Source: an uncultured Propionivibrio sp.
Lineage (GTDB): Bacteria; Pseudomonadota; Gammaproteobacteria; Burkholderiales; Rhodocyclaceae
Assembly: GCA_964575415.1 (NCBI GenBank)
Contig: CAZNQL010000017.1
Coordinates: 127-64,126, forward strand
Direction of reading: 5' to 3'
DNA: 64,000 bases
Shown here piece by piece: positions 20,273-29,874 of the stretch (positions are counted from its first letter, which is position 1; each line of letters starts with the position of its first letter). The notes beneath the pieces were generated by a model. That model worked only from the letters and a program-made list of their open reading frames with translations, ran no database searches and was not told the DNA's origin. The translations under genes and the position numbers were made by a program.

Positions 20273-20869
20273 ATGATGAACCTTTATTCGGGCACGACTT
20301 GCCCGTTCAGCCACCGTTGCCGTATCGTCCTGTACGAGAAGGGCATGGATTTTCAGGTGATCGATGTCGATCTTTTCGCCAAGCAGGAAGACATTGCCGT
20401 TATCAATCCCTATGGCCGTGTTCCGGTTCTGGTCGAGCGCGATCTGATCCTGTATGAACCGAACATCATCAACGAATACATTGACGAGCGTTTCCCGCAT
20501 CCGCAATTGATGCCGCCGGATCCGATCATGCGCGCCCGAGCCCGTCAGTTGCTGATTACGATGGAGCGTGAGGTCTTTTCACACATTGAAGCGTTGGAAA
20601 AGAATCTCAAAACGGCCGACAAAGCGCGCCAGACCATCCGTGAGCGGCTGACTGAGATGGCATCGATTTTTGTCAAGCAAAAACATATGCTGTGCGAGGA
20701 TTTTTCGATGCTTGATGTAGCGATTGCCCCGCTCTTGTGGCGTCTTGATCACTATGAAATCGAATTGCCGAAGTCCGCAGCGCCTTTGATGAAGTATGCC
20801 GAGCGCATTTTCAGCCGCCAAGGCTTTATCGATGCGATGACGCCTTCCGAAAAGGCGATGCGCCGTTAA
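20273..20869 (+). CDS. sspA: Stringent starvation protein A (GST-like)
   Basis: CPFSHRCRIVL.EKG, NPYG.VP.L, FPHPQLMP. Confidence 0.95.
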   Translation: MMNLYSGTTCPFSHRCRIVLYEKGMDFQVIDVDLFAKQEDIAVINPYGRVPVLVERDLILYEPNIINEYIDERFPHPQLMPPDPIMRARARQLLITMEREVFSHIEALEKNLKTADKARQTIRERLTEMASIFVKQKHMLCEDFSMLDVAIAPLLWRLDHYEIELPKSAAPLMKYAERIFSRQGFIDAMTPSEKAMRR

Positions 20870-20925
20870 ACCTGATGGACGCGTGCCGCCTTTCCCGGCG
20901 GTACGCGCATTGAAGATACCGGGGA

Positions 20926-21354
20926 ATGACCGTGGATTTGCCTTCGACCCGACCCTACCTGATCCGTGCCTGGCACGAATGGTGTTGTGACAACGGTTTC
21001 ACTTCCCACATTGCCGTGGTTGTCGACCAATGGACGCGAGTGCCTCGCGAATTCGTGCGCGATGGGCAGATCGTTCTTAACATCGGTTACGAGGCGACAG
21101 GCCATTTGAAGATCGGTAACGATCTGATTACTTTCCAGGCCCGTTTCGGCGGTGTAGCGAAAGAAATATCGGTGCCGATCGGCAACGTAGTGGCGATTTA
21201 TGCCCGGGAAAACGGGGCCGGCATGTCGTTCGAGCTGGAAAAGACTGCGCCGTCGATTGAGGCGGAAAATTTTACACCCGACGAGAATGGCGACGACACC
21301 GTGCCGCCACCTGCACCGCCAACTGGGCGACCCAAGTTACAGCGCATCAAGTAA
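20926..21354 (+). CDS. sspB: ClpXP adaptor SspB
   Basis: RPYLIRA..EW..DN, FQARFGG, IYARENG.GM, C-terminal LQRIK. Confidence 0.93.
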   Translation: MTVDLPSTRPYLIRAWHEWCCDNGFTSHIAVVVDQWTRVPREFVRDGQIVLNIGYEATGHLKIGNDLITFQARFGGVAKEISVPIGNVVAIYARENGAGMSFELEKTAPSIEAENFTPDENGDDTVPPPAPPTGRPKLQRIK

Positions 21355-21457
21355 AGCCGCCCATTCTTGAAGCATGACTTTCGGGCTTTGCACCAACTTG
21401 AAGCGATTTTATACTGACGGCATGCTTTTGTTCGTGTAACTTCTTGTTTTTTATGTG

Positions 21458-21473
21458 TGGCACGTCTGTTGCT
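21458..21473 (+). promoter_or_regulatory. sigma54 promoter upstream of ybiB
   Basis: TGGCAC-gtctg-TTGCT, an exact consensus; NtrC-like half site TGCACCA at 21389. Confidence 0.8.
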
Positions 21474-21619
21474 CAATTGAAGCAAGAGAAGATGCCATGA
21501 AGAAACCATTCCATTCGTTTGATCCCTGCGGTAGGGAATATGGGTTTCCCGGTGTGTTTGTTTGTTTAATTCACATCGGGAACCTTGGACGCGTTCGTCA
21601 ACAGCATTCCTTCTGTCCT

Positions 21620-21650
21620 CATGCTGCCTCGGTAAGGCGGCGTGTGTTTT
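21620..21650 (+). terminator. Terminator-like hairpin inside the ybiB leader
   Basis: CATGCTGCCT-cggta-AGGCGGCGTG (10 bp, 2 G-U) followed by TGTTTT, 16 nt before the ybiB ATG. Confidence 0.55.
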
Positions 21651-21666
21651 CTATCCGGGAGGTGGC

Positions 21667-22653
21667 ATGAGTTTCGGGCATTTGATCCGTGAAATCGGGC
21701 GGGGAGCGCAAGGCGCCCGCGACATGAATTTCGACGAGGCGCGGCAACTCTACGGTGCGATGCTCGACGGCGGCGTCCCCGAACTCGAACTCGGCGCGAT
21801 CGTCATGGCCTTACGCATAAAAGGCGAGTCCGTCGCTGAAATGTCGGGCTTCCTGGCGGCGACCCATGATCGGATGTATACGTTGCGGCGGCCTGCCGGG
21901 CGCTTTTTGCCCGTCGTCATTCCATCTTACAACGGCGCTCGCAAGGGCGCTAACTTGGCCCCTTTGCTGGCGATGTTGCTGAAACGCTTCGGCATTCCCG
22001 TGTTGATCCACGGTTTGATCGAAGGTTTCGGGCGGGTGACGACGGCGCAGGTTCTGCGCGAATTCGGGATGGCGCCGTGTGTCAGCTTGTCGCAAGCGCA
22101 GCAACAACTCGACGAGAACGGACTCGTTTATGTGCCGCTCTCGGTGATCTCGCCGGGGTTAAGCGATCAGCTCTCTTTGCGCAGCCGTCTTGGGTTGCGC
22201 AACAGTGCACATAGTCTGGTCAAGATGCTCGATCCTTTTCGCGGTGAGAGTTTATTGCTCGGTGCGGCGACCCATCCGGAGTATCTGGATATGATGCGTG
22301 AGGTGTATTGCTCACATGGCGTGCATGCTTTGCTGTTCAGGGCGAGCGAAGGTGAGGCGTTTGCCAATCCGAGAAAACGGCCGCGAATCGAACATCTGCG
22401 CGATGGCGCCTGTGAAATTCTGTTCGAAGCTGAGCACGAGAGTATCAAGGTCTTGCCGCATCTTCCCGAAGCTTGTGATGCGAAGACCACGGCAGACTGG
22501 ACGCGTAGCGTTCTGGCCGGTGAGTTTACTCTGCCTTCGCCAATCGCCAACCAGGTCGCCTGCTGTCTGTATGCGACGGGGTATGCCGACGACTTCAACC
22601 AAGCCAAGGCGATCGTCGCTGTTGAGGGTTCCGGTCTGTCCAGTTTGCCGTGA
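21667..22653 (+). CDS. ybiB: YbiB (TrpD2, anthranilate phosphoribosyltransferase-like DNA-binding protein)
   Basis: IGRG..GARD, RIKGES, PSYNGAR, GLRNSAHSLVK, EGE..ANP. Confidence 0.9.
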   Translation: MSFGHLIREIGRGAQGARDMNFDEARQLYGAMLDGGVPELELGAIVMALRIKGESVAEMSGFLAATHDRMYTLRRPAGRFLPVVIPSYNGARKGANLAPLLAMLLKRFGIPVLIHGLIEGFGRVTTAQVLREFGMAPCVSLSQAQQQLDENGLVYVPLSVISPGLSDQLSLRSRLGLRNSAHSLVKMLDPFRGESLLLGAATHPEYLDMMREVYCSHGVHALLFRASEGEAFANPRKRPRIEHLRDGACEILFEAEHESIKVLPHLPEACDAKTTADWTRSVLAGEFTLPSPIANQVACCLYATGYADDFNQAKAIVAVEGSGLSSLP

Positions 22654-22771
22654 TATCGTCATTGCTGAAGATTTTTAACGCCATAACAATCAGACGCTTA
22701 GCGCATAAATGCGGAGTGCCGCTATAATCCGAAAATTGCTCGTTTCGGCAATGGTTTTTCAGGCGGACTGA

Positions 22772-23533
22772 ATGGAATTTTTATCGCTTTTGACTAGCTT
22801 CGAGGTTTGGGTCGCTTTTTTCACCCTGACTGCGCTGGAGTTAGTGCTGGGCATTGATAACATCATTTTTATTTCCATCTTAGTCGGGCGTTTGCCACGC
22901 CATAATCGTGAAAAAGCGCGGCGCATCGTCCTGTTTTTTGCCATGTTCATGCGTATCGGCCTGCTGGTTGTCCTCTCCCTGATCGTCGGGGCGACGACCC
23001 CCTTGTTTAGCATTCTTGGCAAGGAAATTTCGCCTCGCGACATTGTATTGATTCTCGGTGGGCTTTTCCTGATCTGGAAAAGTACCCAGGAAATCCACCA
23101 GTTGCTGGAAGGCGAGAGTGAAGACCCAAGCAATGTGGTCCGGGTGTCGTTTACGGCGATCATTCTTCAGATCATCATCATCGATCTGGTTTTCTCGCTC
23201 GATTCCATCATCACGGCTGTTGGCATGGTCAGGAACATTCCGGTGATGATCGCCGCCGTCGTCGCCTCGGTCGCCCTGATGATGCTCTTCGCCAAGGCGA
23301 TCGGCGACTTCGTGACCGAGCATCCGACAATCAAGATGCTCGCGCTGTCTTTCCTGCTGGTGGTCGGGGTGGTTCTCGTCGCCGAAGGTTTCGGGCACGC
23401 AGTACCGAAGGGGTACATCTATTTCGCAATGGCGTTCTCGGTGACCGTCGAAATGCTCAATCTCCGGATGCGCAAGAAGCGCGTCGAACCGGTGCAATTT
23501 CACGAACCTTACAGTCGCAAGGTGCCCGATTGA
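22772..23533 (+). CDS. TerC-family membrane protein
   Basis: LELVLGIDNIIF, DLVFSLDSIITAVG, VPKGYIYFAM. Confidence 0.92.
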   Translation: MEFLSLLTSFEVWVAFFTLTALELVLGIDNIIFISILVGRLPRHNREKARRIVLFFAMFMRIGLLVVLSLIVGATTPLFSILGKEISPRDIVLILGGLFLIWKSTQEIHQLLEGESEDPSNVVRVSFTAIILQIIIIDLVFSLDSIITAVGMVRNIPVMIAAVVASVALMMLFAKAIGDFVTEHPTIKMLALSFLLVVGVVLVAEGFGHAVPKGYIYFAMAFSVTVEMLNLRMRKKRVEPVQFHEPYSRKVPD

Positions 23534-23599
23534 CGTGGTTTGGATGGCATCACGCGGCGTCGATCCTTTTTTACCGATAACCCGGTGATGTAGATCTTA

Positions 23600-24907
23600 A
23601 TGGACGTTGTATTTCTCCTCTTGCTCATTCTGCTTAACGGCGCGCTCGCCATGTCGGAGATCGCGCTTGTCTCCTCGCGCAAGACACGCCTTCAGAAGCT
23701 GGCTGAGGATGGGAGCGTCGGCGCGCGTTCGGCGCTGGAACTGAGCAACGAGCCCTCCGCTTTTCTATCGACCGTGCAGGTCGGGATCACGACAGTCGGG
23801 ATTCTCAGCGGCGCCATCGGCGAGAATGCATTGGCTGATCCGCTCAGCGAATGGTTGTCCGGATTCCATTGGCTGGAACCGTACGCGAGGGGCTTGTCGC
23901 TGACCATCGTCGTTGTCGGGTTGACCTACTTCTCTGTGGTGGTCGGGGAATTGGTGCCGAAACGCCTTGGGCTGCTGGCACCGGAAGCCATCGCATCGTT
24001 GATCGCCGCGCCGATGAATTTCCTGGCCAGGATAGCGCGTCCCATGGTCTGGCTCTTGTCTTCGTCGTCTTCGTTGGTGTTACGGGTGATTGGGGCGCGC
24101 CAGCGCGGCGAAGCACCGGTATCCAATGATGAAATCCACATTTTGATGGAGCAAGGAGCCGAAGCGGGCGTGTTCCATCAGAGCGAGCAGGCGATCGTGT
24201 CGAACGTGTTGCGTCTCGACGAGCAGCGCATCAGCGCGATCATGACGCACCGCAACGATATTTACGTTCTCGATCTCGATCAGCCCGAAGCTGCGATACG
24301 CCAATGTATTGCCGATTGCCCGCATGCCCGGATCGTTGTTTGTCGCGATGGTTTGGAGCATATCGTCGGGGTTTTGCGTACAGCCGATTTATTGAAGACG
24401 GCGTTAGCCGGGGAAAAACTCAACGTCGAAAGCTCTCTGCGCCCGCCGCTTTACGTTCCGGAGGGCGTGACGACGACGCATCTGCTCGAGAATTTCCGGA
24501 AGGCACGCCAGCAATGCGCATTGGTCATCGACGAATACGGTGAGCTGCAGGGGCTGGTGACGCTGACGGACGTGCTGATCGCCATTGTTGGCGATCTTCC
24601 TTCCTCCGACGTTGCCGAGGAGCAGGATATGGTCGAGCGCGCCGACGGCTCCTGGCTGATCGACGGCAGCGTCGCCATCGACCGCGTCAAATCGGTCATG
24701 AAGATCGAAGACGATTTCCCCGGCGAGGACGAGAACGCGTTCAATACCTTGGGCGGTCTGGTGATGTATATCCTTGGTCGTATCCCGCAGGTCGCAGACA
24801 ATTTCGTGGCCGCCGGCTGCCGCATCGAAGTCGTTGATATGGACAGAAATCGCGTTGACAAGGTCCTGATCTTGAAACTTCCGGATGCTGATGATGTCGA
24901 GGCTTGA
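23600..24907 (+). CDS. CNNM/HlyC-CorC family protein (DUF21-CBS-CorC)
   Basis: MSEIALVSSRK, GELVPKR, CBS pair DEYG..GLVT..D, C-terminal CorC domain. Confidence 0.92.
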   Translation: MDVVFLLLLILLNGALAMSEIALVSSRKTRLQKLAEDGSVGARSALELSNEPSAFLSTVQVGITTVGILSGAIGENALADPLSEWLSGFHWLEPYARGLSLTIVVVGLTYFSVVVGELVPKRLGLLAPEAIASLIAAPMNFLARIARPMVWLLSSSSSLVLRVIGARQRGEAPVSNDEIHILMEQGAEAGVFHQSEQAIVSNVLRLDEQRISAIMTHRNDIYVLDLDQPEAAIRQCIADCPHARIVVCRDGLEHIVGVLRTADLLKTALAGEKLNVESSLRPPLYVPEGVTTTHLLENFRKARQQCALVIDEYGELQGLVTLTDVLIAIVGDLPSSDVAEEQDMVERADGSWLIDGSVAIDRVKSVMKIEDDFPGEDENAFNTLGGLVMYILGRIPQVADNFVAAGCRIEVVDMDRNRVDKVLILKLPDADDVEA

Positions 24908-24938
24908 TTCAATATGGCGAACGGAATTTTGAGGTAAT

Positions 24939-25376
24939 TTGATGGATTCACATGTTGTTGATATTTCGCGGGTCATCCAGCTTGCTGTGGCGCCGGTTTT
25001 CCTCCTGACCGCCATCGCTACCATGATCAATGCGATGAACACCCGGCTTGGGCGGATTGTCGACCGGCGGCGCAAAGTTTCAGAACGGCTCAACGATCCC
25101 AATGAGGAAGTGGCATTCGAGGCCAAAAGCGAATTGCGTTCCCTTTTCCGCCGCATCCGGCTGGCTTATATCAGCATTCTTTTCTCGGTGCTGTCGGGGC
25201 TTCTGATTTGCCTGGTGATTGCTGGCGCTTTCATTGGCGCCCTGGTCTCCGTAGATTTGGCCCGGGTTGTCGCGGTGACCTTCGTGCTTGCCATGTTCTC
25301 CATGGTGATTTCACTCGGCATGTTCCTGCGCGAGGTCTATCTTGCGGTCAGCTCCGGTTCGCACAAAATTAGTTAA
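24939..25376 (+). CDS. DUF2721-like membrane protein
   Basis: IQLAVAPVFLL..RLGRIVDR..FLREV. Confidence 0.75.
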   Translation: MMDSHVVDISRVIQLAVAPVFLLTAIATMINAMNTRLGRIVDRRRKVSERLNDPNEEVAFEAKSELRSLFRRIRLAYISILFSVLSGLLICLVIAGAFIGALVSVDLARVVAVTFVLAMFSMVISLGMFLREVYLAVSSGSHKIS

Positions 25377-25391
25377 CCTTTGAGAGGTCTC

Positions 25392-25766
25392 ATGTCTAAA
25401 ACTGCACTCATCCTCATTGCCCATGGTTCGCGCGATCCCGAATGGGCCGCACCTTTCAAGAAGGTTTGCCGCGTGGTCGGGGAGAAGTCCCCGCAATTGC
25501 GTCTTGAACTGGCTTTCATGGAATTGATGTCGCCGGGTTTGGCAGAGAGCGCCGACAAGCTTGTCGGCGAAGGCTTCGAACGCATCGTCGTGTTACCGAT
25601 GTTCCTTGCCCAGGGCGGACATCTCAAGGAAGACATCCCGCAGCTGCTCAACGAGGTGCGCGAGCGTCACCCGCAAACCTGCTTCGAACTGACCTCCGCG
25701 CTGGGTGATTCGGAAGACATCGTGCAGGCAATGGCCGTACATGTCCTGGCGCTGGCGGCCGGATAA
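25392..25766 (+). CDS. Short CbiX/SirB-type chelatase
   Basis: AHGSRDP, LAFMEL..P, PMFLAQGGHL..DIP. Confidence 0.88.
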   Translation: MSKTALILIAHGSRDPEWAAPFKKVCRVVGEKSPQLRLELAFMELMSPGLAESADKLVGEGFERIVVLPMFLAQGGHLKEDIPQLLNEVRERHPQTCFELTSALGDSEDIVQAMAVHVLALAAG

Positions 25767-25775
25767 GACCGCTTC

Positions 25776-26531
25776 TCAGATTATCAACCGATTCCGGATC
25801 AAGGTTCCCGCATTCTGCAGCCTTGGAATGGTCGAGGCCAGATTGAGCCCGGTTTCCTGGAATAAGCGTTCGGTCCGGGCGATCAATTCCTCGAGCGAGA
25901 CGTCAACCGGTTCACCGCCGTTGGCGAAGGCGATGCGGTTGCCGCTATCCACCGACGGAAAGACCAGCGCGCGGTCATCAAAGGCCGCGGCGATGCGTTC
26001 CGAGCTGGCCTCGAAGCCCGCCGAGCGGCCGAGCAGATTGATCGACAGCAGTCCCTCGTCGCTCAGGCGGGAGCGGCAGGCCTGGTAGAAGGGCAAGGTG
26101 TCGAGCACGCCGGCGCGCCCTTCCTTGTCGAAACCATCGACGAGGATGTAATCGTAGGATTTTCCGTCCTTGAGCATGTATTCCGCGCCGTCGCCGATGA
26201 CGATTCGCAACCGGCGCGGGTCGTCCGGCAGCTTGAAGTGGAGCAGGGCGACGGTCTCGACCTTGGGGTCGATTTCGACGACGGTGATCCGGGTGTCGGG
26301 AAACTTGTGATAAATGAATTTCGCCAGCGAGCCGGCACCGAGGCCGATGAGCAGAGCTTCGCGCGGCCAGGGCGGATCGCGCAGCAGCAGGCCGGCCATC
26401 ATTTCGCGGGTATAGGCCAGTTCCAGATCGACCGGGCGCTGGATGCGCATCGCGCCCTGGATCCAGTCGCGGCTGAAGTGCAGATAACGGACTCCGGATT
26501 TCTCACTGATGTCGATGGCGTTGTCGGACAT
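25776..26531 (-). CDS. Spermidine synthase-like SAM methyltransferase
   Basis: IQGAMRI, LAYTREM, IGLGAGSL, VEIDP, DYILVDGF. Confidence 0.85.
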   Translation of the reverse strand: MSDNAIDISEKSGVRYLHFSRDWIQGAMRIQRPVDLELAYTREMMAGLLLRDPPWPREALLIGLGAGSLAKFIYHKFPDTRITVVEIDPKVETVALLHFKLPDDPRRLRIVIGDGAEYMLKDGKSYDYILVDGFDKEGRAGVLDTLPFYQACRSRLSDEGLLSINLLGRSAGFEASSERIAAAFDDRALVFPSVDSGNRIAFANGGEPVDVSLEELIARTERLFQETGLNLASTIPRLQNAGTLIRNRLII

Positions 26532-26637
26532 GCGGCAGGGCTGGCTTCGAATAGAGATAAAGACGAATCTTAACGCCTGCGCGCGCCATCCGGAATACTT
26601 GCGCGGCATGTCGTTGTTTCCGGTGTATCCTGCGCGG

Positions 26638-27422
26638 ATGACGAAAACGACGCCCACGACAACTTCTGCCACTCCCTTTGCCAGCCTGACGCCCGATTCC
26701 ATGCTCGATGCCCTGGAGAGCATCGGACTGACTCCCGATGGCCGTCTGCTTGCGCTCAACAGTTACGAGAACCGCGTTTATCAGGTGTTCATGGACGACG
26801 GCCGGCCGCTGATCGTCAAGTTCTACCGCGCCGGGCGCTGGTCGGACGCGGCGATCCTCGAAGAGCATGCGTTTACGACCGAGCTTGCCGAGCGGGAATT
26901 GCCGGTCGTCGCGCCACGGCCGATCAACGGGCAGACCCTGCATCATTTTGGCGACTTGCGTTTCGCCGTTTTCCCCCGGCAGGGCGGGCGCCCGAATTCG
27001 ACCGCGCCAGCAGCTTCGCCACGCTACGCCTGCATGGCGATTGCCACGCCGGCAACGTCCTCTGGCAGGAGGAGAGTGGCCCCTGCTTCGTCGACTTCGA
27101 CGATGCGCGCATGGGGCCGGCGGTGCAGGACCTGTGGATGCTGCTCTCCGGCGAACGTGCGGATCAGGTTCGCCAGTTGGCCGACGTACTCGCCGGCTAC
27201 GAGGACTTTTTCGAGTTCGACGCACGCGAACTGCATCTCGTCGAAGCCTTGCGCACGCTGCGCCTGATTCACTACGCCGGCTGGCTGGCGCGGCGCTGGG
27301 ACGATCCGGCGTTCCCCGCCGCTTTCCCCTGGTTCAACACCCAGCGCTATTGGCAGGACCGCATCCTCGAATTGCGTGAACAGATCGCCCTGATGGACGA
27401 ACCGCCGCTGTGGGTGGGGTGA
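26638..27422 (+). pseudogene. srkA: Ser/Thr kinase SrkA/RdoA (YihE) with a frameshift and an internal deletion
   Basis: LNSYENRVY, KFYR.GRWS, EEH in frame 1; LRLHGDCH.GNVL, DFDD, PAVQDLWM, RWDDPAFP in another frame; switch near 26990; central segment missing. Confidence 0.85.
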
Positions 27423-27460
27423 ACGGGCTGGATTTCGGCCAAAGCTGCCGGTAGCCTTCC

Positions 27461-27501
27461 CAATGAAAGATGGCCGGTTCTGATACCAGACCGGCCATTT
27501 G
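27461..27501. repeat. Left end site (palindrome ATGGCCGGT..ACCGGCCAT)
   Basis: Reverse complement matches 31036-31076 at 33/41; 7 of the 8 mismatches form the central spacer. Confidence 0.85.
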
Positions 27502-27882
27502 CTTTGTAAGAGAGGTTTCAATCAAGCTACGTCGACTTCTGACCCCCAAGAGCCTTCATCGTCTTGATGGCTGTGCGGCAAGTGTCCCGCATTCAGCATC
27601 CCTTGCCATTCATATGGCGCCACATTGCGGAGTTGATTGCACGACTTTCCATGTGCAGAACTAATCATTCAATCCCCATTCTTGCTGTGGGTCAAGACTA
27701 GACATTTTCGGCAGGAGGAGTAGTCTATGACCGTGCCTGATGCGTAGTAGATCGGGCCACCCAGTAACAACGCGACTGGAGGCAAGATGGTCGAATGTCC
27801 GCCGCAGTGCGTGATGATTGCGTAGTACCCAAACGGCGAATGCCGAATACCTTGGTCAATCGCTACGAGGTCAAGGATTTAC

Positions 27883-27952
27883 GAAGCCCATGTCCGACCG
27901 GCATGGGCTTCACGCATTATGCGTCCCCGAATTGAAGCGGAACGTCCGCTTC
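27883..27952. repeat. Two perfect palindromes in the ORF-free left arm of the island
   Basis: GAAGCCCATG-N9-CATGGGCTTC (27883-27911) and GAAGCGGA-ACG-TCCGCTTC (27934-27952). Confidence 0.7.
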
Positions 27953-28124
27953 ACAAGTCAGCAAACTCACACACACGACCCTGATCCGACCTTCAGAGTT
28001 TGTAAAAGCGGACAATCAACTCTGAAAAATGATCGAAAAACCGCGTAACATGAGGAAGGCATGCGCTATGACTGCCGACATCGACCCTAGCACCACCAAC
28101 TCACTCCTTTAAACGAATACATCA

Positions 28125-28445
28125 ATGAAAAAGCAACTATTTAACTACGCACTAATTTGCATATTGCTTACGTTTGCCTCGGTGTCAAAAGCAGAAGACA
28201 TCGACTACCCCCCGGCAATTCAGAGGCTCAAAGATTATAATGGCATGTCGATTATAAAAAAATTTCCTGCGGTTAGTGGACTAACTGGATGGGTTGTCAA
28301 AGATAACGAAACAAACAAGTATGCCATTATGTATTTCACACAGGACGGTCAAAGTATAGTCGCAGGCATGCTTGTCGACATTAAAGGCAATAATTTAACG
28401 AAAACATACGCGGATAAATATTTAACAAAACTACGGAGTGAATGA
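28125..28445 (+). CDS. Secreted protein resembling a stand-alone DsbG N-terminal dimerisation domain
   Basis: Signal peptide to SKA/ED; PAIQRL..GMSIIKKF.A.SGLTGW..IMYFTQDG..I.AG.L.D.KGNNLT; no CXXC. Confidence 0.65.
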   Translation: MKKQLFNYALICILLTFASVSKAEDIDYPPAIQRLKDYNGMSIIKKFPAVSGLTGWVVKDNETNKYAIMYFTQDGQSIVAGMLVDIKGNNLTKTYADKYLTKLRSE

Positions 28446-28639
28446 CTGTGCCCTGATGGACAAAGCACAGCTACACTCCGATAGTTTTTAGTTTGCTCAG
28501 GACAATGTCTGCTTTTTTTTTGGGCGAGTAAGCAAGTGTCCGCTCGTGGCCGATTGTACGCATTCGGCATCCGAAGGGAAAGCTGCCTTTGCACTTTAGG
28601 TGAAAAATCAGACTCCGATTAACAAAGAAGGAGTCTGTC

Positions 28640-29254
28640 ATGGAATCAAATAGATACCGCGAACCCTGGAATAAAAGAAAGTTGGTCGGTCAGAAGCCCC
28701 CGTTAAAGCCAAAAGACATCTGGGCGATCCGGATCAATCTGCAAAACACAGGCCAGATAAGAGGCCTAGCCATGTTCAATCTGGCGATTGACAGCAAGCT
28801 TCGTGGTTGTGACCTCGTCAGTCTCCGCGTTCGTGACATAACCCACGGTAACCAAGTCTTGACCCGTGCGATGGTCGTCCAAAGGAAAACACAGCGGCCT
28901 GTTCAGTTTGAGCTGACCGAACCGACACGGGCATCGGTTACAGCGTGGATCGAAAAAGCCAAGCTGAGGCAGGATCAATACCTTTTCCCCTGCCGCCTCT
29001 CAAAATCACCGCACGTCTCTACAAGGCAATATGCACGAATAGTCCATCAGTGGGTTGCTGCTGCGGGTCTTGATCCCAGTGTTTATGGTACGCACACAAT
29101 GGGCCGAACCAAGGCCACGTTAATCTATAAGCGTACTAAGAACCTGAGGGCAGTACAGATTCTGCTGGGGCACACAAAGCTTGAGAGCACCGTTCGATAC
29201 CTTGGAATCGAGGTTGATGACGCGCTTGAAATCTCTGAACAAACTGAGATTTAG
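28640..29254 (+). CDS. Minimal (204 aa) tyrosine recombinase, catalytic domain only
   Basis: AIDSKLRGCDL (R), QRKT (K), HTMGR (HxxR altered to G), LLGH, TVRYL (Y). Confidence 0.92.
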   Translation: MESNRYREPWNKRKLVGQKPPLKPKDIWAIRINLQNTGQIRGLAMFNLAIDSKLRGCDLVSLRVRDITHGNQVLTRAMVVQRKTQRPVQFELTEPTRASVTAWIEKAKLRQDQYLFPCRLSKSPHVSTRQYARIVHQWVAAAGLDPSVYGTHTMGRTKATLIYKRTKNLRAVQILLGHTKLESTVRYLGIEVDDALEISEQTEI

Positions 29255-29465
29255 CGTCCTGAATCACGGTCGCGCGCAGGATACGACATTTTCTTCGTGC
29301 GACCGCTTTCCGGCAAGATTCCAAATGCGTACAATCGGCCAATTCCAGCCATTCAGAATATTTCTCGTAAGCGGACGTCAGCCTCCTGTACGCATTATTA
29401 ACAATTACTTGACAATTCTGCTTCCGATCAACTGTAGGTAATTATTATTCACAAAGCGAGGGTTT

Positions 29466-29798
29466 ATGATTGAACAACAAGAAATGAAGCGACTCACCAC
29501 TGGCAACATCTTCAAATTGCTTCTGCTTGGAACTTCTTGCTCAATTATTCCCTTTTCTCTGGTAATGGGCATTCTCAGCATTTTTGGGGCATCAACAGTT
29601 ACATGGAATGATCAGCCTTTAACTGGAGTTACAGGCCTAATCGCGTCCCCCTTTATCGGGGCGTTTATTGCCTTGCTGCTTTCTGGAATATTTGGCCTCT
29701 TTATCGCATTAGGGCTATGGTTCTACTCCCGCTTCAAACCTCTAACCGTTCAATATTGGTGTGTTGATTCTCAAGCTGAGAGCAAGGTCACCACCTAA
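29466..29798 (+). CDS. Small membrane protein, cassette-like ORF
   Basis: Two to three hydrophobic helices; stop TAA lies within ACCTAAC. Confidence 0.7.
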   Translation: MIEQQEMKRLTTGNIFKLLLLGTSCSIIPFSLVMGILSIFGASTVTWNDQPLTGVTGLIASPFIGAFIALLLSGIFGLFIALGLWFYSRFKPLTVQYWCVDSQAESKVTT

Positions 29799-29874
29799 CA
29801 TGGCGGTTAAGGACGCTCTCTCTGGTCGCCGGGACTCGCTGCAAGTGGAGCGTCCCTCACCTTGACCGTTGAAG
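29793..29874 (+). other. Integron attC-like recombination site
   Basis: R'' ACCTAAC ... R' GTTGAAG; internal stem GGACGCTC/GAGCGTCC and CGGTTAA/TTGACCG; 82 bp. Confidence 0.6.

Noticed and set aside
22654-22771. yybP-ykoY Mn riboswitch before TerC
   Set aside because: The conserved GGGGAGUA...GAGACC elements are absent.
28640-29254. Classical integron integrase or XerC/D
   Set aside because: Only 204 aa, with no IntI-specific insertion, no N-terminal core-binding domain and no recognisable attI.
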